Below, one piece after another: positions 20,352 through 29,614 of a stretch of DNA of 64,000 nt. A program made the position numbers and the translations under genes. Each line of letters starts with the position of its first letter. Within the stretch, counting starts at the first letter, position 1. The stretch is from Candidatus Methanomethylicaceae archaeon GD_Cm_T35_P0_bin.15 (lineage in GTDB: Archaea; Thermoproteota; Methanomethylicia; Methanomethylicales; Methanomethylicaceae), in assembly GCA_038801785.1 (NCBI GenBank), contig JAULTD010000001.1:441568-505567 (forward strand). Direction: 5' to 3'. The notes under the pieces are model-generated. The model searched no databases. It worked only from the letters and a program-made list of their open reading frames with translations, and was not told the DNA's origin.

Positions 20352-21728
20352 TTATTGCTGCTGTTGCCCGACCGGATGCTTCCTCATGAGCTCCCTGACC
20401 AGCCGCGCGTCTCCGGGCCGGAGGAAGCCCGTGAGCCTGAGGAGGAGGGCTGCGAGGAGCTCGATCGACAGGAGGGTCGCGGGCCACGGGAGCGCCTGCG
20501 AGGCTGCCAGGAGGTACGAGAGGAGCCACGGCAGGGCGAAGACCAGGGCGGCCTTGCCGAGGTTGATTACGTCGCGCCGCTCGGAGAGCACCAGCGCCGA
20601 GGCTGAGGCAGCGAGGAGGTAGGCGAGGGCTGCCTCCCTCTCCTCGAGGTTGGGGGCGGCTGCCAGCATGAGGACGACGAGTATCAGGAGCTGGATGATC
20701 CCCGCCATGACGACCCGGACCTTGTCCGCGCCTATCCTCGAGACGAGGATGGAGAGGGCCGCGAACGGCACACCGGCGAGGGCGAGCACCGTGAGGGCCG
20801 TCCCGCCGGACGCGAACGTGGGGCCGAGGTAGGAGAGGAGCTCGCGGGGGAAGGCCGCAAGGGGCAGGGCTGCCAGGACGGCTACCGCCAGGGCGATGCG
20901 CATCGCCTCGTAGGTCGAGACGTCCCTCTCCGGGCGGAGGGGGATGAGCGCGAGGGCAGCAGAAGAGGCGGCGGTGCTGACCGTGAGCGCGGCCATGACT
21001 GCTATGTAGAAGGCGCCCACCTTTGACGGGTCTGCGGTGACGAGCCCGAGGACGACGACCGCGGTGCTCATGGTTATGGCGTTGAGGGTGCCGGGGTAGT
21101 TGACTATGCCGACGCGGAGGCAGGTCCTTGCAGAGGAGTACGTGGGGCGCTGGATGCCGATCTTCCACATGACGTAGGCGGTGAAGGCGAGGGTGACGAC
21201 CATCGAGGAGGCTATCAGGGAGACCGTGATCCCGAGCCCGCCGAGGCCGCGGAGGACGAGGATGACCGCGAGGGCGTAGCGGAGGGCGACGCCGAGGGCG
21301 CTGATGAAGAAGCTGAGCCGGACCTTCTTCATCACGAGGATGCTGTTCTGGGTGACGAGGGACATCGGGGAGAGGAGCGCCATGACGGCGGCTATCGCGA
21401 CGTAGAGGAGGAACGAGTCGTAGATCGAGTAGAAGGCGAGGGTGAGGGCGGAGGCGAATATCCCTACCGGGACGGCGAGGATGATAAGCGTGGAGAACGA
21501 CCCCTTCGGGTCGCAGGCGACCATCTTTAATGTGGAGACGCCGAGCCCCATGTTCATCAGGCCGGAGGAGAGGGCTGCGACAGAGAAGGCGGTGGTGGCG
21601 TAGCCTATCGCGGAGGAGGTCGAGATGTAGCCGACGAGGAGCCAGAAGAAGAGCCCGCCGAAGACTGAGAGGGCAAAGCGCGCGGCGATCCAGCCCCTCT
21701 CGCTCCCGAGGGCGTCGGTGCTGCTCAC
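20352..21728 (-). CDS. MOP-superfamily (Wzx/RfbX-like) oligosaccharide flippase
   Basis: About 14 hydrophobic segments; FFWLL..IG..MGLG start and VGAFYIA motif shared with the flippase at 27814. Confidence 0.75.
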   Translation of the reverse strand: MSSTDALGSERGWIAARFALSVFGGLFFWLLVGYISTSSAIGYATTAFSVAALSSGLMNMGLGVSTLKMVACDPKGSFSTLIILAVPVGIFASALTLAFYSIYDSFLLYVAIAAVMALLSPMSLVTQNSILVMKKVRLSFFISALGVALRYALAVILVLRGLGGLGITVSLIASSMVVTLAFTAYVMWKIGIQRPTYSSARTCLRVGIVNYPGTLNAITMSTAVVVLGLVTADPSKVGAFYIAVMAALTVSTAASSAALALIPLRPERDVSTYEAMRIALAVAVLAALPLAAFPRELLSYLGPTFASGGTALTVLALAGVPFAALSILVSRIGADKVRVVMAGIIQLLILVVLMLAAAPNLEEREAALAYLLAASASALVLSERRDVINLGKAALVFALPWLLSYLLAASQALPWPATLLSIELLAALLLRLTGFLRPGDARLVRELMRKHPVGQQQQ

Positions 21729-21777
21729 GGGGTTCCCTAGGTAAGATAAGTGCCGGGCGGTATAAAAGGTAAAGGGG

Positions 21778-22179
21778 CTAGAGGGGGACGACCTTCACGC
21801 CGATCCTCTCCGCGGCAGCGATCTGCCTGGCGTCCCTCGACAGCAGCTCGGCGCCCAGCTTCGCGGCCAGCGCCAGGTAGAGCGCGTCATAAAACGCCAA
21901 GTTATTCTTTGAGGCGATCTCGAAAGCGGGCTTGAGGAGGTCCCTCGGCGGATGAAGCTTCACATTCGTGCCAGTTAATTCCAGCAGAACCTCGAGCGAT
22001 CTCTGAACCAACTCTTCATCGATCAATGCGCGCCTCCGCGCGATAAACACCGCGTTGAAGCTCTCCTTGATGACGAGATCCATGCTTACGGCGCCCCTCC
22101 CGAGCAGCGCCCCGATCCGCTCGAACCCCTTCTCCTTCAGGACGTAAGACACGAGTGCAGAGGCATCAGTCACTATCAC
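21778..22179 (-). CDS. vapC: VapC-family PIN-domain toxin
   Basis: IVTDASAL...E...FYDALYLALA...LLSRD PIN motifs. Confidence 0.92.
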   Translation of the reverse strand: MIVTDASALVSYVLKEKGFERIGALLGRGAVSMDLVIKESFNAVFIARRRALIDEELVQRSLEVLLELTGTNVKLHPPRDLLKPAFEIASKNNLAFYDALYLALAAKLGAELLSRDARQIAAAERIGVKVVPL

Positions 22180-22408
22180 GAATTTCTCTCACCAGCTTTG
22201 CTGCTGTCCCCTCAGGGTGGGTCGGCATAGTCCTGAGCAACGCCTCCACGCGCTCCATGGTCTCGTGCCTCCTAGCTTCTTCGAGCTTCTGGACTATGAA
22301 GGAGCGTATCTCGTCGGACCAGCATATACGATCGCTGAACCGCTCCATCTCCGATTTGACTTCGTCCGGGATCTTGACGCTCACTACCGCCATTCTCCCA
22401 CCAGACAT
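22166..22408 (-). CDS. vapB: VapB-type ribbon-helix-helix antitoxin
   Basis: VVSVKIPDEVK...WSDEIR...AAKLVREIRD; overlaps the vapC start. Confidence 0.88.
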   Translation of the reverse strand: MSGGRMAVVSVKIPDEVKSEMERFSDRICWSDEIRSFIVQKLEEARRHETMERVEALLRTMPTHPEGTAAKLVREIRDSD

Positions 22409-22655
22409 AAGCCATAACGCCTAAAGGTACAGGTACGTCCACTTTTTTGGTTTACTTAATTAAACATATCAGTATAACGCGACAAGTTGAATCCAGTATG
22501 AACGTAGATCGACTGCTTCAGCAGCCCAAGCATTTTGGCAGTATTGGTGTAGGTCGGACCGTAACGCGTTATGTTATATACCCCGCCCTCTCTCAAAAGG
22601 CTTAAAAAGATAATAGGAGCCTTCGATAAATATACATGGGCATTACGTGATAGGT

Positions 22656-23501
22656 ATGGCCTTGAAGGAGCGCTCTGAAAGGCTCGGGCTCCCGCTATTT
22701 CTGATAGGACATGGAAATAAGGGGTTTGTGGGAAAAACAAGGCTGCAGAAGATAATATACCTCATCCAGAACGAGGCCAAGTTGGATATTTATGATTTTA
22801 GGAAGCATTACTACGGGCCATTCAGCCGCGAGCTGGACAACGACCTGCTGAGCAGTCAAGATCTTGTCGAGGTCATATCGCACCCCAAGATACTGGCCCC
22901 ACATGAAAATTATTTCGAATTCAAGCTTACTCCCGAAGGGATGCGTGTAATGGAAGAGATGAAGAAGAGTTTGAGCGAGCCGTTAAGGGCGAGAATCGAG
23001 TCGTTAATCAATAGGTACTCTGCGTTACCGCTTGGTAAGTTACTCGAGGAGGCGTATGCGACCTTCGATGCGGTTGACGATCGTCTGAGGGGTCTTGAGA
23101 GGAGCACAGACAGGCTGCGCGATAATGTCCGTGAAATATTTAATACACACTGCAACCGGCAGTCGTTGTTTATTCTGACGGTTTTGGATTACGTCAAGGA
23201 CGTCCTTGAAAAGGCTAAGGACGTACGAGACGAGGTCCAGAAAGCAGTAATTCTTAGACTAGCCGCAGAGTTGGTCGAGACCTGTGAGGAGGCCTTTCCC
23301 GAGATCGCCCCTCCAGTAGATAGCGAGAAGCTCAGACCGGTTTTCATGAATATAGCTGACGTGTGGCTAGCGCTTATCGAATACTGTGACAAAAGGCGTA
23401 TTGTGAAGAATCCATTCGAAGCCCGGTTCGATGAAATCCTTAGCGAGGATGAGGCAGTACGTCTACAAACCGCCATGCAGGCTATCGAGCTCAAAGCGTA
23501 G
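22656..23501 (+). CDS. SocA/Panacea (YwgA/DUF4065-like) domain protein with helical C-terminal extension; putative antitoxin
   Basis: GKTRLQKIIYL...YDFRKHYYGPFSREL signature; stop overlaps the downstream PIN frame. Confidence 0.75.
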   Translation: MALKERSERLGLPLFLIGHGNKGFVGKTRLQKIIYLIQNEAKLDIYDFRKHYYGPFSRELDNDLLSSQDLVEVISHPKILAPHENYFEFKLTPEGMRVMEEMKKSLSEPLRARIESLINRYSALPLGKLLEEAYATFDAVDDRLRGLERSTDRLRDNVREIFNTHCNRQSLFILTVLDYVKDVLEKAKDVRDEVQKAVILRLAAELVETCEEAFPEIAPPVDSEKLRPVFMNIADVWLALIEYCDKRRIVKNPFEARFDEILSEDEAVRLQTAMQAIELKA

Positions 23502-24085
23502 CCGTCCTGGATACCAATACGTGCATCCACTATTGCACCCATGCTACGTTCTCCATCCATGGGAAAAAGTTCACGCTTCAAACTTCCTGCACGCCGCGCA
23601 TACGTCCATACATTCAATCATTAATTAATAAGAGAGGATGTCAGATTCTGATTCCGGATGTAGTCGAGCCCGAGTTCAACAAAAATATCTGGAATGTCCT
23701 CTGTGAGGTGGTGCCTAAATGTGGTTTGACGACCAGAGTAGTTCCTCCCTTCCTCAAGGAGACTGCCAATAATTTTAAAGCCCTGAAGAGCAAATGCTTG
23801 CCCGCAACGGCCTCGACCACATCGCTAGACAAGGTTGCGAAGTTTTATGCGGATCTCTGGAAGAGGCCGGAGATGAAGTATAAGATCGAGAAGTGGGCAA
23901 GCATAAAGCGCAAGAAACCTTCGGAAGGACCCCCTAGCGGGGCCGATCTCAAAATATTGGCAGTTGCAGTCGATAATACGCATAGTCAATCAGAGCTAGT
24001 TACATTTGATCATGATTACATTGTTTTTTCTGACGAGATCACGCGAGATCTTGGAGTTATGGTAACAAATGGCTTCCTTCTATGA
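23459..24085 (+). CDS. PIN-domain protein (putative toxin) lacking a canonical start upstream of its first motif
   Basis: Frame of ORF 23708-24085 is open from 23453 and encodes VAVLDTN...ILIPDVVEPEF...SGADLKILA...LVTFDHDY; ACG at 23459 follows GAGGATGA. Confidence 0.72.
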   Translation, partial: TSTNRHAGYRAQSVAVLDTNTCIHYCTHATFSIHGKKFTLQTSCTPRIRPYIQSLINKRGCQILIPDVVEPEFNKNIWNVLCEVVPKCGLTTRVVPPFLKETANNFKALKSKCLPATASTTSLDKVAKFYADLWKRPEMKYKIEKWASIKRKKPSEGPPSGADLKILAVAVDNTHSQSELVTFDHDYIVFSDEITRDLGVMVTNGFLL

Positions 24086-24261
24086 CCTTAGTCCGCTAGC
24101 GATCCTTATTTGACTGGGGGGCCTCAGACAACCATCGAGGTTTATCGGGAGCGTTCTAGGATATCCGTCTGCAGGTCATGTGCAGATCGTAGCAGGCTTG
24201 AAACGAATACGTGTTCTGGATGTTCCATTAATGCGGACAGTAAAAAGGGGGGTGGGAAGGG

Positions 24262-24762
24262 CTACTGTTCGCGCTTCCCTGCTACAAGCACGAACCCCTT
24301 CACTATGGTAAGCACCGGCGGGATCATGAAGAGGAGCATCAGGTTTGTCAGGCGCAGCTGCAGCGCGGCGGTGACCGAGTAGGCGGGGATCATGTTCTCG
24401 GGAACGGCGATAGTTATGGCGCCTCCCTGGAAGGCGAGGTAGACGTAGGCGAGGAACAGGATGCCGAGGCCGGCGACGAAAAAGCCGTAGAGCTTCGATC
24501 CGCGGAGGAGCACCGCTGGGAAGGTGAAGGCTGCGATTAAAAGACCTGCCAGGGGAAGCATCGGGTGGATCAGGGCGGCGACCATCGGAGCTGCCGCGGC
24601 GAAGGTCCCGCCCATCTCCGGGAGGACCCTCGCAGCGAGCGCCACAAGGTTCGCCGGGACGAAGTAGAGGAAGAGGAAGGCCGCTGCCGCGAGTACGGCG
24701 CCGAGCACGGCGCGGAACGCGAGAGAGGTGCCCGTGAGTTCCAGATCGAGCAGCTTAGGCAT
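24262..24762 (-). CDS. Hypothetical 4-TM membrane protein
   Basis: Hydrophobic helices; start overlaps the upstream gene end. Confidence 0.75.
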   Translation of the reverse strand: MPKLLDLELTGTSLAFRAVLGAVLAAAAFLFLYFVPANLVALAARVLPEMGGTFAAAAPMVAALIHPMLPLAGLLIAAFTFPAVLLRGSKLYGFFVAGLGILFLAYVYLAFQGGAITIAVPENMIPAYSVTAALQLRLTNLMLLFMIPPVLTIVKGFVLVAGKREQ

Positions 24763-25936
24763 TCAGCACCACCACCTTCTGGGCGGTCCCGTACTCCGTG
24801 TCGAAGGTAAGCTCAGCCGTCAGGGACGTCTCTGAGAGGGCGCTCAGGCTGACGTATGCGGTGAGGGTCTGGGAGAACGTGCCGCCCGCGGGGACGCCCA
24901 CGTTTATCAGCCCGCTCCCGCCGATGTTGCTGCCGCTGCTGTCATAAATTGTGGCGCTGAGGGTGCCCTGCACCGGGAGGAAGCCGGAGTTGTCCGTGAA
25001 GCTGACCGGCACCGTGAGGGCGAAGTGGGTAGAGTTGTAGGGCTGCTTCCCGGGTGTCCCGAGCGCGAGGTCCTTCACCGGGGCGCCCCACTCCAGGGAG
25101 ACGTCCTGGTCTTCCCCGAAGAGCTCGGCGCCGTACGCCGAGAAGGAGCCCACCACGCGGTACTCGAGGACGGCGTCCTCAGTCAGGAGGGTTGAGACGT
25201 CGGGGAGCGCCATTATGACGACGATGCCGCTGCTGTAGCTGCCCTTCGGTGCCTCCATCTCGAGGGTCCCCCCGCCGACCTTCACGCCCTGCGGGTCGTA
25301 GACCGACATCTCCGCGGTCCCGACGACGGGCAGGAGGTCCGAGAGGTTGTCAAAGCTGACCGGGACGGTGATCCGCGCATGGGAAGAGTTGAGCGGCGAG
25401 AACTGCGGGTCCCCCACGCTGAAGTTGCTGAGGGGCGGGCTCCACGGTATCGTTGCGGCTGCGGAGCCCATTACCGAGGCGAGCGGCGGCATGCTGGCGC
25501 CTATCGTGCCGGTGACCGAGAGCAGCTCCTGCTCCGTGATGAGCCGCCGGAGCGTCTCCTCCGGCAGGCCGGACAGGTCGAAGCTGACGGTGAAGTTGGT
25601 TAGGACGTTGCGGGCGCCGGCGGGTATGCTTACGGGCCCGGCTGAGCCGGTGAGGAGCGTTGCGCCGTGGCTGTCCTTGACCGACACCTGCGCGCTGACG
25701 TCCGAGAGCGTTAACTGGCCGGGGTTGGAAATTGTGACCGGCAGGGTCATGGCGAGGCTGCTCCCGCCGCCCCCGATCCCGCCCTTGCTGATCTCGGGGG
25801 AGCCCACCTCGATGGAGGGGGCCAGCGCGGCGACAGTGTAGAAGAGGGTTCCGGCTGCGGCGAAGGCTACGACGACGGTGGCAACTATGAGGAGGTTGAG
25901 CGAGAGGACTGCTAGCGAGAATTTTGATTTTGCCAA
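24755..25936 (-). CDS. Membrane-anchored protein with about three beta-sandwich (LEA_2/WHy-like) repeats
   Basis: N-terminal TM helix; repeated TLPVTISN / TVPVSFDN / TVPVSFTDN and NSSHA/NSTHF segments. Confidence 0.7.
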   Translation of the reverse strand: MAKSKFSLAVLSLNLLIVATVVVAFAAAGTLFYTVAALAPSIEVGSPEISKGGIGGGGSSLAMTLPVTISNPGQLTLSDVSAQVSVKDSHGATLLTGSAGPVSIPAGARNVLTNFTVSFDLSGLPEETLRRLITEQELLSVTGTIGASMPPLASVMGSAAATIPWSPPLSNFSVGDPQFSPLNSSHARITVPVSFDNLSDLLPVVGTAEMSVYDPQGVKVGGGTLEMEAPKGSYSSGIVVIMALPDVSTLLTEDAVLEYRVVGSFSAYGAELFGEDQDVSLEWGAPVKDLALGTPGKQPYNSTHFALTVPVSFTDNSGFLPVQGTLSATIYDSSGSNIGGSGLINVGVPAGGTFSQTLTAYVSLSALSETSLTAELTFDTEYGTAQKVVVLNA

Positions 25937-26013
25937 GCGTTAATCATCCCGCCCCCTCTCTCTTGGCGAAGCGATAAATAGCTTTGCGTGGGGGACCGGC
26001 GGCTGGTGCAACG

Positions 26014-26625
26014 CTACACCGGTGCGTCAGGCGCGGGACCGCTGGGCGGGGGAGGGCTGCGCCTGAACCGCCTCGAGAGGGCGACCAGGGACGGTTTGAG
26101 CGGGAGGAAGCCCTGGTAGCGGACCGCGAAGGAGAGGGCGATGAGGAGGAGCGAGAGGAGGAGCCCCTCGGCGGTGAAGATCTCGGCGTCGAAGGTGGTG
26201 AACGTCGTGGGGGTATACGGCTGCTGGAGGAGGGCCAGCGTGATGGAGGGGGACGGGACGCTGCCGATGTGGATCGAGGACTGGAAGACGAGCCTGTAGG
26301 CGACGGGCGCGACGGGCCAGAAGAGCGGGGTGAACGAGGAGGTGAGGTCGAGGAGGACGTGGGACGCCCAGCCGGCGGCGAGGGCGAGGACGGGGTACTT
26401 GAGCTTGCGGGCGATGCGGGGCTTGGAGTTGAGGCGGAGGGCGGCGAGGGCGAGGAGGAGGGCGATCGAGGGGAGGAGGGAGTGGTCGATTGAGCGGTGG
26501 GTGTAGAAGAATATGTCGAGGTCGGGGAGCGTGGCGACGATGCCGATGGCGAGCGCCCACCTGAGGCGGAAGCCGAGGAGGGCGGCTACGGCGAACGGGA
26601 TGGCGAAGTGGAGGACGGGCTCCAT
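26014..26625 (-). CDS. YdjM-like membrane metal-dependent hydrolase
   Basis: H...LPDLD...HRSIDHSL...SHVLLD...PLFWP motifs. Confidence 0.88.
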   Translation of the reverse strand: MEPVLHFAIPFAVAALLGFRLRWALAIGIVATLPDLDIFFYTHRSIDHSLLPSIALLLALAALRLNSKPRIARKLKYPVLALAAGWASHVLLDLTSSFTPLFWPVAPVAYRLVFQSSIHIGSVPSPSITLALLQQPYTPTTFTTFDAEIFTAEGLLLSLLLIALSFAVRYQGFLPLKPSLVALSRRFRRSPPPPSGPAPDAPV

Positions 26626-26741
26626 ATAATCCCCAGCGGATAAGTGCGGCGGAGGGGGCTGATAAGCTTGATGGCGGGTGCGCCCGCAGAAAGGAGGGGC
26701 GGGCTATACGAAGATTAAGACGGAGAAGAAGAGGAAAGAGA

Positions 26742-27695
26742 TCAGGAGCCCGTTGTGTCTTTACTTTGGAACCACTTTACAGTCTCCTCCAGCCCTTCCC
26801 TGAGAGAGTATTCAGGGACGTAGCCGAGATCATTTTTCGCGCGTGTGATGTCCGCCACGGAGTGGAGCACATCGCCGGGGCGCGGCGGGGCGTACTCGAT
26901 GCCAGTGTTCCTGCCCGTTGCCGAGAAGACTTCGCGGGCAAGGTCGTTTATGGAGGTGCGGACCCCCGAGGCGATATTGTAGACGCCGGTCGCGCCAGAG
27001 GCGGCGGCGAGGATGTTGGCGCGGACGACGTCCCTGACGTAGACGAAATCGCGGGTCTGGGTGCCGTCGCCGTAGATTACGAGCTTCTCGCCGGAGAGGG
27101 CGCGGGTGATGAACTTCGGGATGACGGCGGCGTACTCCGATTGGGGATCCTGGCGCGGGCCGTAGACGTTGAAGTAGCGGAGGCAGACGGTGGGGAGCCC
27201 GTAGAGCTCGGTGAAGAGGCGGCAGTAGTGCTCCCCCGCGAGCTTGGTGAGGGCGTACGGGGAGAGGGGGCTGACGGGGAGGCTTTCAGAGAGAGGGAGG
27301 GTTTGGGCGTCGCCGTAAACCGCGCAGGAGGAAGCGAAGACGAACTTTTTGATATCACTGTCGCGGGCGGCTACGAGAAGGTTAAGGGTTCCGGTGATAC
27401 CCGCATCGTTGGTGCTGGCGGGATCGGATATTGAGCGGGGAACTGAGGGGATGGCGGCTTGGTGGAAGACGTAATCCACATCTTTCAGGATGCCGTTCAG
27501 GAAGGGGATATCGGCAAGGTTATTTTTTGCGAGTTTAACTTTATGAGCCTCAAGAAGGTCGGCGATATTGCGAAGGCTGCCAGTAGACAAATTATCGAGG
27601 ATAGTAACATCATTATGCGGAGATAACGCAATGCTCAAGCAAGAACCGATAAAGCCGGCTCCGCCGGTAATGAGAACCCTTTTGTCGCGCATCAT
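26742..27695 (-). CDS. NAD-dependent epimerase/dehydratase (UDP-Glc/GlcNAc 4-epimerase, WbpP-like)
   Basis: TGGAGFIG, HQAAIPSVPRS, YALTK, RYFNVYGPRQDP. Confidence 0.93.
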   Translation of the reverse strand: MMRDKRVLITGGAGFIGSCLSIALSPHNDVTILDNLSTGSLRNIADLLEAHKVKLAKNNLADIPFLNGILKDVDYVFHQAAIPSVPRSISDPASTNDAGITGTLNLLVAARDSDIKKFVFASSCAVYGDAQTLPLSESLPVSPLSPYALTKLAGEHYCRLFTELYGLPTVCLRYFNVYGPRQDPQSEYAAVIPKFITRALSGEKLVIYGDGTQTRDFVYVRDVVRANILAAASGATGVYNIASGVRTSINDLAREVFSATGRNTGIEYAPPRPGDVLHSVADITRAKNDLGYVPEYSLREGLEETVKWFQSKDTTGS

Positions 27696-27813
27696 GGGGC
27701 TATCATGTGATGTTTAATCCTATAAAACTATTAGAGAATCGCCGATCAGCGCCCCCAGTTTGGAACCTGAGCGCTCCTAGGAAACTTTAAACGCTCGCCA
27801 ATAAGGCAACGGC

Positions 27814-29277
27814 TCATCTGCTATACAGAACCTCGAGTATGTATTTTGCGTAAGGGTAAAGCTGATCCAACTGTTTCCGGGACAGGAAAGCAGAAGATAC
27901 CTCGGCCAGGTCGGACTTTGACAGCAGGTTTAGCCGAGCATAAGCAAACATAGATATAGCTAGAATAACTAGTGTTCCGATAATCCAATTAATATTTAGA
28001 AAAATCATCGCGAGCGCTACTGACGAGGGGATTACTGCGAAGAGGAGAGAGGAATTCCAATCGATAGCATAGCCTATACGGCGGGCCATGAAATATACTG
28101 CGAATAATGCAACGAACAGACCTGAAATGTAGGCGAGGGCAGCACCATTATTACCATAAAGGGCAACCAAGATAGGGTAGAGGGCAATACGCGGTACATT
28201 GGTTGAGAAACCCAGCAGAGTAACGTATCGATAATGACCATATGCATAGATGAGGGAGTTGAAGCCGTAAGAGATCGGGGCGACAAGACAGCCTATCATG
28301 AGGAGCTGGAGGGTAAAGGATGCTTCGACATAAGATGCCCCGAGAAGAGAGAGGGGGACATAAGGGAAGGCAATGACCACAGCAGCCAAGGGGGCAATAA
28401 TGACGGAAGTAAGGCGGATTGACCTAGATGTAGAGCGCTTCCTCCCGTCGCGCATACCGCTCAATATAGGAAACATGAGACCTAGAAGAGACAGAGGGAG
28501 GGTGTAGACTATTTGCGATATCTGGAAGGCTATATAGTATGTGCCAGCCTGCGTTGCACCGGCTAAACCATAAACGCCGATTACGCCGAGCTGTGTGCCA
28601 GCAGTCAATACGAGGGAGGGAACCCAGGAGGGCAAACCTTGCCTGATCGATTCTTTTGCGAGGTGAAGACTAGGTTTTGTGGCTGACACCGTTCTTCGTG
28701 AGGCTAAGAGAAGTATAACGTCCTGAACCATACCTGCGATAATGAATGCTAGCATTACGCCCATAAAGCCAGTTTCAGCATATAGGAGAAGAAGCCCAAG
28801 AGCCAAGCGTGCTAATGTGGCGAGAATGGTAGAAAGCGCGATTATGTGGGTCTTCAATGTAGCATTGTAAAGCGCATTGGCGACTGGTGGAATGGAACCG
28901 AGTAGGAAGAGTGCCGTAATGAAGGGAATTGTGAATTGTGTTAAACCTATGAGAGTGCCTATTACAGATATAAATAAAGCGGCGGAGCCACTTACGGCCA
29001 AACTAGTTATGAATGCGGACGCGAAAACGGCGCTTAACCCTTTTCGATCATTGGAACCATATGCCTGACCAAACATACGTGTGGCGCCAGAGGAGATACC
29101 TAAACTGGAGATACTGGTTATGAGTGAGGCCAAGGCTATAATGGCGGCAGCATCGCCCACTATTGACGGATGCACAAATTGGGATGCAAGCAGCCAGAAA
29201 AGGTAACCTACAAAACTACTGACGATCCCGGAAATGTAGAGCCAGAAGCTGCCCCGTATTACTCGGTTAAGAGACAT
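27814..29277 (-). CDS. MOP-superfamily oligosaccharide flippase
   Basis: Multi-TM; GSFWLY..FWLLA start, AGTYYIA, MFPILS motifs. Confidence 0.85.
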   Translation of the reverse strand: MSLNRVIRGSFWLYISGIVSSFVGYLFWLLASQFVHPSIVGDAAAIIALASLITSISSLGISSGATRMFGQAYGSNDRKGLSAVFASAFITSLAVSGSAALFISVIGTLIGLTQFTIPFITALFLLGSIPPVANALYNATLKTHIIALSTILATLARLALGLLLLYAETGFMGVMLAFIIAGMVQDVILLLASRRTVSATKPSLHLAKESIRQGLPSWVPSLVLTAGTQLGVIGVYGLAGATQAGTYYIAFQISQIVYTLPLSLLGLMFPILSGMRDGRKRSTSRSIRLTSVIIAPLAAVVIAFPYVPLSLLGASYVEASFTLQLLMIGCLVAPISYGFNSLIYAYGHYRYVTLLGFSTNVPRIALYPILVALYGNNGAALAYISGLFVALFAVYFMARRIGYAIDWNSSLLFAVIPSSVALAMIFLNINWIIGTLVILAISMFAYARLNLLSKSDLAEVSSAFLSRKQLDQLYPYAKYILEVLYSR

Positions 29278-29614
29278 TTACAAACGCACAGGTGTGACCT
29301 ATTCATTTAAGGGTTAATAAGATTACCATATCTAGAAACAATCCCTCGCACAGCTTTGTCGCCCTATAAAAATAAAGGGCTTCAGATCGTTTTTCGGCGT
29401 AAAGCCTTTGACAAGAACATAAGCCACTAAAATAAGCGAAAATACAACCCGTCTTAGTAGTTACATCCGCTATCAATCCAGTACCATCGACGTTAATTTT
29501 CCGCCTTCGCGTTCTCATCGTTTGTTAGAGGATCACTTTCTGGCAAATGTAGAGGGATGAAGATGATGCCTTTTTCGGCTATCCAATAGGAGCTTTTGGG
29601 GTAGACATTACAGG

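Noticed and set aside
18510..24260. Intact provirus or integrative element at tRNA-Asp
   Set aside because: No integrase, att duplication, replication or structural genes seen.
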